Notes: generated by a model from the letters alone, not told the origin. A DNA stretch of 64,000 nt from a virus (IMGVR_UViG_3300037565_000048:5201-69200), one strand, 5' to 3'; counted from the stretch's first letter, positions 55,333 through 63,798 are shown. A program made the numbers and translations.

Positions 55333-55722
55333 ATGAACGAAATTGCATTGTATCGAGGGAAGCGAACGGATAACGAGGAATGGGTTGAGGGTGGAGCTTG
55401 GTTTCCATTTGATAATGGAGAATGGAATGGAGAGGCATGGATAATCCAAACAACTGACATGGGGGACGTTCTGGCTTGCGACACAATAGAAGTCATCCCC
55501 TCCACCGTAGGTCAGTTTACTGGGATGAAGGATAAGAACAAGGTGAAGACATTTAAAGGAGATCTTGTCTATTGGCCTCATTTAGGTAAAGAAGTTTATG
55601 TCGTGTATTACAACGAGGAAGAGTGTCAATTTCTTGCAAAGCCGATAAATACCGAAGATAAAACAGAGTCCTACTTAGACTCTACACACATGGAAAGAAT
55701 CGGCAATATCCACGACCAATGA
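55333..55722 (+). CDS. YopX-family protein
   Basis: YRGKRTDNEEWVEG ... STVGQFTGMKDKN...FKGDLV. Confidence 0.85.
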   Translation: MNEIALYRGKRTDNEEWVEGGAWFPFDNGEWNGEAWIIQTTDMGDVLACDTIEVIPSTVGQFTGMKDKNKVKTFKGDLVYWPHLGKEVYVVYYNEEECQFLAKPINTEDKTESYLDSTHMERIGNIHDQ

Positions 55723-56309
55723 AGTACCTATTCCTACTCATACCGTTCTACACGTTCGCTCAATGCCCTGGTGACAACTGCAATGATCCGCAAATCTTGA
55801 GTGCCCCCGCGACGAACGAAGTGGTATGCGCGGAAACAGTATGCAACGGTGATTGGCCGGTGTGGAACTGTACAGACGAACAAGATGGTGAGCCGGGATT
55901 GTGTTGGTCTCAAGAATACGACTACTTCATTCAGCTTCAAGTCGAGCAAGAAGGAGTGTACTACTTCCACTTGATGAGCAACTACCAAGCACCACCAACG
56001 GCTCCACCAGGAATAGACGGGGGTGTTCAGATGGCCATCTACAACAACGATGTCTGTGCGATATGGATGAGTCCGATAGCTATCACTCCTTGCTCCGGTG
56101 ATCCCGGCAGTCAGAGCCAAGAGTATTTCATGGACGTATATCTTGAGCCGGACAACTACATCATTCAGATCGACGGCTTTGGTTTCAGCTATGGGTGCTC
56201 AACTTTGTGCGTCTACGGAAAGTTCTTCACAGACCTCGGAATCCCAGTTCACTACTACGAATTAAAGAAGAGTATTAACGAGTTCGATTTGATTGGACGT
56301 AGATATTGA
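55719..56309 (+). CDS. secreted Cys-rich protein resembling Bacteroidota T9SS cargo
   Basis: Signal peptide; AQCPGDNC...GVQMAIY...YIIQIDG; C-terminal ...NEFDLIGRRY. Confidence 0.6.
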   Translation: MKYLFLLIPFYTFAQCPGDNCNDPQILSAPATNEVVCAETVCNGDWPVWNCTDEQDGEPGLCWSQEYDYFIQLQVEQEGVYYFHLMSNYQAPPTAPPGIDGGVQMAIYNNDVCAIWMSPIAITPCSGDPGSQSQEYFMDVYLEPDNYIIQIDGFGFSYGCSTLCVYGKFFTDLGIPVHYYELKKSINEFDLIGRRY

Positions 56310-56628
56310 GATTATGACTTATGAATTGAAAGCGCCGCTGTTTTTTGTTGGACAAACCGTAAACTTCCTACACCACAATAAAAATATGTTGGTCGGGAAA
56401 ATAGTAAGGGTAGAAACTCACTACGGCAAAAAATCAGGTACGAAAAACCCTCACGGATATCACATATATGCTATTACTACACCAACAGCAAAAAAACGTA
56501 GTGTATGGATTGGGGAAGAGTATATTAGCGGTGTTGTAGGGCGGAACGAACCGTGCTTTTGCGAAAGAGAGCTTGTCACAACGGAAGATGGTAAATGCTT
56601 AAAAGGATGCTATTACAACGACAAGTAG
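56293..56628 (+). CDS. hypothetical protein
   Basis: 111-aa ORF, AT-rich. Confidence 0.5.
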   Translation: MDVDIEIMTYELKAPLFFVGQTVNFLHHNKNMLVGKIVRVETHYGKKSGTKNPHGYHIYAITTPTAKKRSVWIGEEYISGVVGRNEPCFCERELVTTEDGKCLKGCYYNDK

Positions 56629-56763
56629 CAAAAGCATTATCTGCAACTATCTCGCAACCCCTCCGCATAAAGTTTGACGCTGCGGGGCGCATGACCACTA
56701 AATAAACCAAACCCCGCTGATTCGGGGGTAAATGACAAGTATAATGAAGAAAAAGGAAGCACC

Positions 56764-57147
56764 ATGAAAAAGTATAGACCGTCATCGGGACGCGAAGGAG
56801 AAGCATTTATGTCTTCTCATTGCTACCAATGCATCCATGAACGCTGGATTCATTTTCAAGACGAGGACAGAGACGAAGACAAGTGCGACATAATGAGCAG
56901 GTCTTTAGTCTATGAAATCGACGATCCGAGATACCCTAAAGAATGGGTAATCATCAACAACGAGCCGACTTGCCTTGAGTTCAAAAAATGGGATTGGGGT
57001 CAAGACGGTGACGCACGGGATCCGGATAACCCGAACGCACCTATCCCAGTGGCTCCGAACCAGCTTATGATGCCATTTGGTCCATGGGAACTTCTCGGTA
57101 TCTCTGAAGACATTTTAATCACACCTTTAGCAATAGTTGAAAAATGA
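56764..57147 (+). CDS. hypothetical protein with Cys motifs
   Basis: YRPSSGREGEAFMSSHCYQC...KCDI...PTC. Confidence 0.65.
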   Translation: MKKYRPSSGREGEAFMSSHCYQCIHERWIHFQDEDRDEDKCDIMSRSLVYEIDDPRYPKEWVIINNEPTCLEFKKWDWGQDGDARDPDNPNAPIPVAPNQLMMPFGPWELLGISEDILITPLAIVEK

Positions 57148-57404
57148 AAACACCACTACAGGAATTGATTGAGCGGCTTCAAGAGTTGCGTGAGAAGTTC
57201 GATACAACCGACGAGATTTTAGCGGTTCAACGGTGCATAAGAAAAGCGCATGAACTCCTACCCTACGAGCGGGAGCGGATTGAGGAGGCGTTCAATGCAG
57301 GAAGAGACTTTGGACACGCAATGGGAGTAGGAAGACCTACCTACGGTATGAAATTTAAAGACTACTACGAAACAACCTACGGAAATGAAAGCACGAGCGA
57401 ATAA
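57144..57404 (+). CDS. hypothetical protein
   Basis: MKTPLQELI ... ERERIEEAFNAG ... DYYETTYG, a common Bacteroidota-phage small protein pattern. Confidence 0.6.
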   Translation: MKTPLQELIERLQELREKFDTTDEILAVQRCIRKAHELLPYERERIEEAFNAGRDFGHAMGVGRPTYGMKFKDYYETTYGNESTSE

Positions 57405-57606
57405 ATACAGAAGCGACAAAAAGGTAGAGGGGAGTGTTTATTATTTAGACACCGACCTATACGAAGAGCCAAAAGGATATTACATTCTTGAGATAGTGAG
57501 GGGGTTCAAACTTTATCACCGAATTAACCCCACCACCATCGAGTACCAAATAGGCGACGAGTGGTTGAGTGAGGAGGAGATAGCAAGACGATGTAAAGCT
57601 AAGTGA
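57385..57606 (+). CDS. hypothetical protein
   Basis: 73-aa ORF, packed. Confidence 0.5.
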   Translation: MKARANKYRSDKKVEGSVYYLDTDLYEEPKGYYILEIVRGFKLYHRINPTTIEYQIGDEWLSEEEIARRCKAK

Positions 57607-57607
57607 T

Positions 57608-57862
57608 ATGTATAGAGACACAATTACCTACGCAACAAAGCAAGACAAGAAGGTATTTGCGAAAACAATGCTTATGAACTCTGATACACACGTTCATGAA
57701 ATAAAGAATATCGTTATCAGCAAGCAAGCAGATTTCTATGGAGTTGTTAATCGCGAAACCCTTGCTCTTCATTGCTTCGATACAGAAAAGCAGTCAATTG
57801 ATTTTGTTCTTGATTACTTTGGTTGGGTTGGAACTATTCAGTCGGAAGTGATTTTCAGTTAG
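57608..57862 (+). CDS. hypothetical protein
   Basis: 84-aa ORF. Confidence 0.5.
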   Translation: MYRDTITYATKQDKKVFAKTMLMNSDTHVHEIKNIVISKQADFYGVVNRETLALHCFDTEKQSIDFVLDYFGWVGTIQSEVIFS

Positions 57863-58245
57863 TGACCGAAAAACCTACGGTAAAAATGAATAGAATGAAA
57901 GCATCTGATTTATTTGAACAGAAGTATGGCAACCGTTTATCTGAGAGCGAATCGTGGGTATTGAGGTTCGCTGAACAATACGCGAAGGAAGTGAACAAAG
58001 ACCTTACAAGGCAACTGCGAATTAGCCACGATGTCAATGAAGCACGATGGGAAACGATTGAGAAGATGCGCTGCCAAGATCAAGAAATCTTGAGTGTACT
58101 ACACGATGAGCCAATGACAAAGGAACAACGCCTTCGTTGTTTTGCAGAATCAATGCGTAAATGGAAAAACCTCCCAGAAGAGGAAAAACAAAAGTTTTGC
58201 GACGGCACAAAATCCTTTAACGACTATCTGTTGCTCGACCTATAA
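57823..58245 (+). CDS. hypothetical protein
   Basis: ORF; likely start ATG ~57886. Confidence 0.5.
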   Translation: MGWNYSVGSDFQLVTEKPTVKMNRMKASDLFEQKYGNRLSESESWVLRFAEQYAKEVNKDLTRQLRISHDVNEARWETIEKMRCQDQEILSVLHDEPMTKEQRLRCFAESMRKWKNLPEEEKQKFCDGTKSFNDYLLLDL

Positions 58246-58262
58246 TACCACATTATACCGAT

Positions 58263-58634
58263 ATGAAACACGAAGACATCATCAAAGCCCTTGTGATGCG
58301 CAAGGCAGAAAAGGACAACCAAATTGACCTTAACGCATACGAAAAAGGGATGCGGGATCTCTCTCAAGAAATCTTGAGGACCAATCCGGACAAAGGGCAC
58401 TTGGTCATCATTCCTTCAGCTTTCACGGAGCCCGGAGTAATCAGAACCAGGTTTACCACCTATTACTCCAAGTGGCCGGGATGCGTAGTCGAACACAACA
58501 CCGCTGAAGAATATGTCAACGAACTTAATCGACGGATTGATGCTTGGATGGAATTGCACAACTACATCCCTCAAAAACCTTTAGAGAATTGGAAAAACTC
58601 ACTCGAAGCACGACCTCAAAACACAAAGCGATGA
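58263..58634 (+). CDS. hypothetical protein
   Basis: 123-aa ORF. Confidence 0.6.
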   Translation: MKHEDIIKALVMRKAEKDNQIDLNAYEKGMRDLSQEILRTNPDKGHLVIIPSAFTEPGVIRTRFTTYYSKWPGCVVEHNTAEEYVNELNRRIDAWMELHNYIPQKPLENWKNSLEARPQNTKR

Positions 58635-59044
58635 CACGACAAGAGTTTATTGACAAGGTGTTTGTATCCGTTCTGAACGGTATGCACTCGAATAGCATAG
58701 ATGTGAATCAGGGGATGCGACCGTATTGGCATTTAGAACCTCAAGAAAAGGTGAAATACGCTTACGAAGAGGCAGTTATAGCAGCCGACGAACGCGCTAA
58801 GCATTGCCCTTTTGATGATGACGAATCAGCCGACCCGAACAAACTACCCGACGAGTATTGGAAGGGTGCCCCTGAGTGGGCGAATTGGGCTGCGATGGAT
58901 GAAGATGGCGATTGGTATTGGTTCGATAGGCAACCTAAAAAGCGGAAAGCAGTATGGATAGGACGTAATCGTGAGTATGACTTTCCCGCCCCACCCGTCC
59001 CAGACTGGACCAAATCATTAACTTATCGGCCAACCATGAAATAA
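58631..59044 (+). CDS. hypothetical protein with PEWANWAAMDEDGDWYWF motif
   Basis: ATG 58631 overlaps the upstream stop; Trp-rich C-terminal domain seen in phage small proteins. Confidence 0.6.
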   Translation: MTRQEFIDKVFVSVLNGMHSNSIDVNQGMRPYWHLEPQEKVKYAYEEAVIAADERAKHCPFDDDESADPNKLPDEYWKGAPEWANWAAMDEDGDWYWFDRQPKKRKAVWIGRNREYDFPAPPVPDWTKSLTYRPTMK

Positions 59045-59052
59045 TCTTTAGA

Positions 59053-59418
59053 ATGGAAAAGAAAGAAATCTACGAGCACGTCGGATCTGAAAACAGTTGG
59101 AATTACCGCTGCAGCCTCGAAGACTTTATTGACGAGCTCAATTACTACTTGACCGAGAAAGGTGCAACCCACGTTATCATCGAGGGTGTTTACGACGGTG
59201 GAGAAACAGAAGTGCACTTCGATTTTCAAAAGCGCCGGCTTGAAACCGACGAAGAGTTTGAGGCCCGCAAAAAGCGTACTGAAGAAAAAGAAGCAAGACT
59301 GTACGCTGAACTCAAGAAGAAATTTGAAGGAAACAATCAAGAGGCGCAGACAGAGAACATCGCAAAGGCAAGTTGGAGGCCACCGTCCAAAACCGGTGAC
59401 GACAAAAGCAATTCTTGA
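59053..59418 (+). CDS. hypothetical protein
   Basis: RRLETDEEFEAR coiled-coil motif. Confidence 0.6.
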   Translation: MEKKEIYEHVGSENSWNYRCSLEDFIDELNYYLTEKGATHVIIEGVYDGGETEVHFDFQKRRLETDEEFEARKKRTEEKEARLYAELKKKFEGNNQEAQTENIAKASWRPPSKTGDDKSNS

Positions 59419-60218
59419 GAAATGGTAAGGAAATGAAGAACCATCCATCAGAAAGAATCATCAAGAGAATTGATTCAAATACCAAAAATCAATGTGGAGT
59501 CTATTCGCAAGCATATCTTATGGACTGCGTAAAAGGCATGAAGCTATATCCTAATGGATACTTTGATTTGGCTGTTGTTGACCCTCCCTACGGAATCAAT
59601 GAAAGCGGTAAAAACCACAAATCAAGACAAACCGCAGTCAAGCAAAAAAATGGATCCTTACTCAAAACGCCCTACGCTGATTACGTCAGAAAAGATTGGG
59701 ATAAAAACCCTCCCGGCCAAGACTACTTTATTGAGCTTCGTCGAGTAGCAAAAAAATTAATCATTTTTGGAGCCAATCATTTCATTGACTCATTTCCATT
59801 TGAAAAAAATTCTCCGGGATGGATAGTTTGGGATAAAGTAAATACTGGTGATTTTGCAGACGTAGAAATGGCATGGACTGATTTTGATATGAGCGCGAAG
59901 CTTTTTCGGTATATGTGGAACGGAATGATGCAAGGCAAGTCTATTCAACAAGGACACATTCAGCAAGCGAATAAAAAACTGAACGAGAAACGTATCCATC
60001 CTACTCAAAAACCAGTCAAGCTGTACCAATGGATATTCCATAACTTTACAGAAAAAGGACAGAAAATTCTAGACACTCATCTAGGTTCTGGCTCATCACG
60101 TATCGCGGCAGACATGGTTGGGCTTGATTTTACCGGATTTGAAATTGATCAAGAGTACTTCAACGCTCATAACAAAAGATGGATTCAGTACAAATCACAA
60201 CTTCGACTCACTTATTAA
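59415..60218 (+). CDS. N6-adenine/N4-cytosine DNA methyltransferase (beta class)
   Basis: DLAVVDPPYG, HPTQKPVKL and ILDTHLGSGSS motifs. Confidence 0.92.
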   Translation: MRNGKEMKNHPSERIIKRIDSNTKNQCGVYSQAYLMDCVKGMKLYPNGYFDLAVVDPPYGINESGKNHKSRQTAVKQKNGSLLKTPYADYVRKDWDKNPPGQDYFIELRRVAKKLIIFGANHFIDSFPFEKNSPGWIVWDKVNTGDFADVEMAWTDFDMSAKLFRYMWNGMMQGKSIQQGHIQQANKKLNEKRIHPTQKPVKLYQWIFHNFTEKGQKILDTHLGSGSSRIAADMVGLDFTGFEIDQEYFNAHNKRWIQYKSQLRLTY

Positions 60219-60285
60219 CCAATCTTACCTCTGGCCATGTCGTGGGTCTTTACTAACTCAAGAAATTCAAAATGGAAAGAATCAA

Positions 60286-60540
60286 ATGGAACAAAAGACA
60301 CCACTCCGAACAAAAGTGGAGGGAAAAGCAGTACAATCGACCAAGGACTCCAAACGTAATCGTGAAATGGACGCGTTTGAGTTCTTCAAGCATTGCGTAG
60401 AACAGACACCAAAAGATGAAATTGATGCGCTTTGGGATGAACTGAACAATTCTCCAAATGATAAATCTCCCACCGTTCAAGAAGTTATCAGAACGTGGAA
60501 CCCAACCTATCAAACACACAAGCGCTCAACAGTCAAATAA
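60286..60540 (+). CDS. hypothetical protein
   Basis: ATG-started part of ORF 60118..60540. Confidence 0.45.
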   Translation: MEQKTPLRTKVEGKAVQSTKDSKRNREMDAFEFFKHCVEQTPKDEIDALWDELNNSPNDKSPTVQEVIRTWNPTYQTHKRSTVK

Positions 60541-60552
60541 TCTTTAGAACAC

Positions 60553-61470
60553 ATGAACATCGTATCATTCAGCGGTGGCGGATTCAAACTTATCCAACAC
60601 CTCGCAGCATACAAAGCACTCAAGGAAGAGTTCGGAGAACTATCCGTGCACAACTCAAAGTACGCAGGAGTATCCAGCGGAGCAATCGCTGCCCTCATCT
60701 GTGCAAACCAAATGCACCAAGAAAAGTGGATCCTCGATCTCGCTACAAGCAGAAACCTTCCCAAGGTCGTTTTCGGGCCATGGCACAAAAGACCTATCAA
60801 TAGCAAAGGAAAACTGTCCGTAGCTGCAATCACAAGAATCCTACTCGGATACGAATCAATCGGTGATCACACTCACCTCAAAACTCACCTACAGAAAATC
60901 GTCGCCAAGTCAAAACTACCAAGCCATTACAGAAATGCAGTCATGGCCGTGGCCGTAAACCCAGACTCCGGTGAACGAAGAATCTTTAGACACGACATCG
61001 ACGGAATACTCGCTTCTTGCGCCATCCCAATCTATATGCCCCCTATCAAAGTAGGTGAAAACAAATACTTCGACGGTGGCATCAGAGACCATTCAGCAGC
61101 AGTCACAGTCCTGGAAAAAATACCGATGAGATCAAACAGCATCGTCTTCGACATCTACTCAAGACCCGAAAACCCAACACGATTCCTTGAGAACTACAGA
61201 CACGGCATCACCGGCCACGCAAAAAGACTCATCGACATCACCACAACAGAAATCAGCTACAACGACCAAAACAGAGTCAAAGAAATCTGCAACAAATTCG
61301 GATACATCCACTTCCAGCTTTTCGCCCCAAGTATCCTTGAAGGTACTTTCGACACCGACCCCGTCAGACTCCAAGTAGCTTACCACCAAACATACTCCGA
61401 TATCAAAAAGCAAATCAAAAATCATCCCGACATAAACCGCGTAAGTCAAATCATCAAATCTTCAGTGTAA
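60553..61470 (+). CDS. patatin-like phospholipase
   Basis: SFSGGG oxyanion motif, GVSSG nucleophile elbow, ASCAIP and FDGG. Confidence 0.88.
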   Translation: MNIVSFSGGGFKLIQHLAAYKALKEEFGELSVHNSKYAGVSSGAIAALICANQMHQEKWILDLATSRNLPKVVFGPWHKRPINSKGKLSVAAITRILLGYESIGDHTHLKTHLQKIVAKSKLPSHYRNAVMAVAVNPDSGERRIFRHDIDGILASCAIPIYMPPIKVGENKYFDGGIRDHSAAVTVLEKIPMRSNSIVFDIYSRPENPTRFLENYRHGITGHAKRLIDITTTEISYNDQNRVKEICNKFGYIHFQLFAPSILEGTFDTDPVRLQVAYHQTYSDIKKQIKNHPDINRVSQIIKSSV

Positions 61471-61730
61471 TGCACAACCCAGGAACAACAGACCTAAAGG
61501 CCTTAGCCACCCAAGCCGTAGAATTTATCAAGTCTTCAGTACAAGACCCGATAGAAGCATTGGAGCTCGTCAAAATCATTGAACATAACATTCGCCAAGA
61601 AATCAATGACGAAATCAACCGGCTCCATCAAGAAAAAGAAAAAGCACTCGCTGCAGCAGATCAAGCCCAAAACAAAATCAATTATCTTCAGAAAACCATC
61701 AACACCCAAAGCCATGGAATGGAAGAGTAA
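61470..61730 (+). CDS. hypothetical coiled-coil protein
   Basis: TAATG-coupled to the patatin gene. Confidence 0.6.
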   Translation: MHNPGTTDLKALATQAVEFIKSSVQDPIEALELVKIIEHNIRQEINDEINRLHQEKEKALAAADQAQNKINYLQKTINTQSHGMEE

Positions 61731-62064
61731 AATAGAGCCGGTCAAAAAAAACACGAAACCAATGATGGAAGAATTGAGAAACGTACTAGCAAATCACCAG
61801 CAACCTCAAACCAAAGGAATCGCTGATGATATCGCGCACAAGCTACTTCTCGAAACCGGAGACGTCGATGTAAAACATTATCAAGACGCCTTGAGTACCC
61901 TCGATCGAGCCAAAGAAATCGTCAAGAAAATCGCAGGAGAACGAATCAATTACCTCCAAGTCATACACAACGAAGCAAGGCAAAAAGCAGAGGAAACAGA
62001 GAAAGATATCAAAGGCCTTGAACAATTAATCAGCTCAGATCAAAAAACAACCCGACAAGATTAA
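61714..62064 (+). CDS. hypothetical coiled-coil protein
   Basis: Part of ORF 61579..62064; start uncertain. Confidence 0.55.
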   Translation: MEWKSKIEPVKKNTKPMMEELRNVLANHQQPQTKGIADDIAHKLLLETGDVDVKHYQDALSTLDRAKEIVKKIAGERINYLQVIHNEARQKAEETEKDIKGLEQLISSDQKTTRQD

Positions 62065-62095
62065 ACCCACGTCATCACAAAATCTTATACCTCAC

Positions 62096-62124
62096 AGCCC
62101 GGACCAATCATCCGGGCTTTTTTA
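62096..62124 (+). terminator. intrinsic terminator closing the + strand accessory block
   Basis: AGCCCGGA-CCAATCA-TCCGGGCT-TTTTT. Confidence 0.85.
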
Positions 62125-62203
62125 TTGCCCCCCAAATAATAATCCCCGATACAATATCCCCCGCTATAATCACCCCGGCGCCAAGCCATATTCATACACG
62201 ACG

Positions 62204-62363
62204 ACAATAATATCAGCCCCAACACCCATAAAAGCCCCATTTATACCCCCATACACCCTCAAAACCCAATTCCGTTAACTTACATAAAACCAGCATCTTA
62301 GTCTCACCACGCCCCAAGGATAAACACCCCGATAAACTACCCAAACAATAATATCAGCCCCAA
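62204..62363. repeat. 19-bp direct repeat ACAATAATATCAGCCCCAA (2 exact copies)
   Basis: Copies at 62204-62222 and 62345-62363, with degenerate AATxxxCCCC units nearby. Confidence 0.85.
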
Positions 62364-62983
62364 ATACCATTTCCGGCCAAAATCGTGAGTGATCTCCGGT
62401 TTGCCTCATCCTTAGTATAGGGGGGCATCCATCCGTTTCCCCGTCCACTTTTGCGAACCCCACCCCCCTACTCCCACGCCCGCCACGCCCCGCACAGCAC
62501 CACGGAACAAGCCCCGCCCGCCCCCGCACGGGAAAGCACACGCGACGCAATAGGGAGCACGAAAGGAAAGCGGGAAAGGTATCTTACACCGCCACACGGA
62601 TAAAGCGTTGACGCCCTCGCATTGATACCACGACGACGGGAAAGGAAAGGAACCGCACACACCCACACGCGGACACACACCCACGCGGGCACGGATACGC
62701 GCACACACCTGCTGGCACGCGCGCCTGGATACGCGCGCCCAGGTCCGGGCACGTCAGCGCACACGCGCGCGGGCAGAACGCAGGACGAAGGAGAAATTTC
62801 AAGACCACGAGAAAAAAAACGCGCCCCCTTTCTTGTGTGTTGTCTTCCCTTTGTTGTGTACTCCTATTGTGATATTGGGTGTAATTGTGTGGCGCAGGAT
62901 GTGACGCACTAAAGATATTCTAAGATTATTTTCTTTCTGTAACCCGCGCCAACAGCGGGAAAATGAAAAAACATTAAAAAATA

Positions 62984-63016
62984 TTTGCATGATAAAAAAA
63001 CTTTGCTCTATCTTTG
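62984..63016 (+). promoter_or_regulatory. canonical Bacteroidota sigma-A promoter
   Basis: TTTG (62984-62987), 21-nt spacer, TATCTTTG (63009-63016). Confidence 0.8.
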
Positions 63017-63067
63017 TCGAGAACAACGACGGGAAACGCGCTTAGCACCCGTCTAACATTTACCACA

Positions 63068-63283
63068 ATGCAAGTACAGTTTAACGACCGCGGAGATGTT
63101 TTTACCGCAGACACAGTGACCGCACAAGTTGCGAAGACTAAAGATACTTTTACCGATTGGTGGAAGCTTTATGCACTAAAACAAGAGGGAGACGTCGTCG
63201 CATACGTTGACGACATCCGCGACCGCAACGACTTTTTCTCACTCTTCAACAAAGGGTATCATTTCACCTACGAAAACCATTAA
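63068..63283 (+). CDS. early-type small hypothetical protein
   Basis: ATG 63068; first ORF after the promoter. Confidence 0.6.
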   Translation: MQVQFNDRGDVFTADTVTAQVAKTKDTFTDWWKLYALKQEGDVVAYVDDIRDRNDFFSLFNKGYHFTYENH

Positions 63284-63286
63284 GCC

Positions 63287-63505
63287 ATGAGAAATATTTT
63301 AGACACCGTATTCACCGCAGTCATTCTGTTTCTGCTATTCTTTTTTCTCACTAAAGGCATTATTGCCTTGATAGGATACAGCGCAGGCAGTGAATTTATG
63401 AAGACGTTCACCGACCCAATCGTGACCACCTTTGCCGTTATCGGTGGCCTCATTGGGGGAGTAGGCATCGTCTGCGAAGACGCAGACCAAAAAGCAAAAA
63501 AGTAA
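63287..63505 (+). CDS. small 2-TM membrane protein
   Basis: Two hydrophobic helices, 72 aa. Confidence 0.6.
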   Translation: MRNILDTVFTAVILFLLFFFLTKGIIALIGYSAGSEFMKTFTDPIVTTFAVIGGLIGGVGIVCEDADQKAKK

Positions 63506-63506
63506 G

Positions 63507-63538
63507 AACCAACGCCCGCGCCCCGCGCGCGGGCACAA
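63507..63538. repeat. 32-bp intergenic GC-hairpin repeat, copy 1
   Basis: AACCAACGCCCGCGCCCCGCGCGCGGGCACAA. Confidence 0.95.
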
Positions 63539-63551
63539 TACCCCCTAAGCC

Positions 63552-63746
63552 ATGGAAACAACTGTAAAACAGATTTGCGCTAATTGCATCGTAATTGATA
63601 ACACGCGCGTAGTAAGCTACGAAACGCATGTAGCAGACATTGACCACGAAAATCGCACCGTAACCGCGCGCGGATATTGGAGCCGTACCACTTCGCGCCA
63701 CATCAGTAAGACCGCAGACGCGTACGGCTACGAACTAAAGAAGTAA
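63552..63746 (+). CDS. small hypothetical protein
   Basis: SYETHVA...GYWSRTTSRHI motif; flanked by the repeats. Confidence 0.65.
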   Translation: METTVKQICANCIVIDNTRVVSYETHVADIDHENRTVTARGYWSRTTSRHISKTADAYGYELKK

Positions 63747-63754
63747 GAAGTAAC

Positions 63755-63786
63755 AACCAACGCCCGCGCCCCGCGCGCGGGCACAA
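63755..63786. repeat. 32-bp intergenic GC-hairpin repeat, copy 2
   Basis: Identical to 63507-63538. Confidence 0.95.
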
Positions 63787-63798
63787 CACACCGAAAAA

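Noticed and set aside
62275-62912. Several 70-100 aa ORFs in the GC-rich block
   Set aside because: Arise from low-complexity GC/CA repeats lacking stops; Arg/Cys/Val-biased with no motifs.
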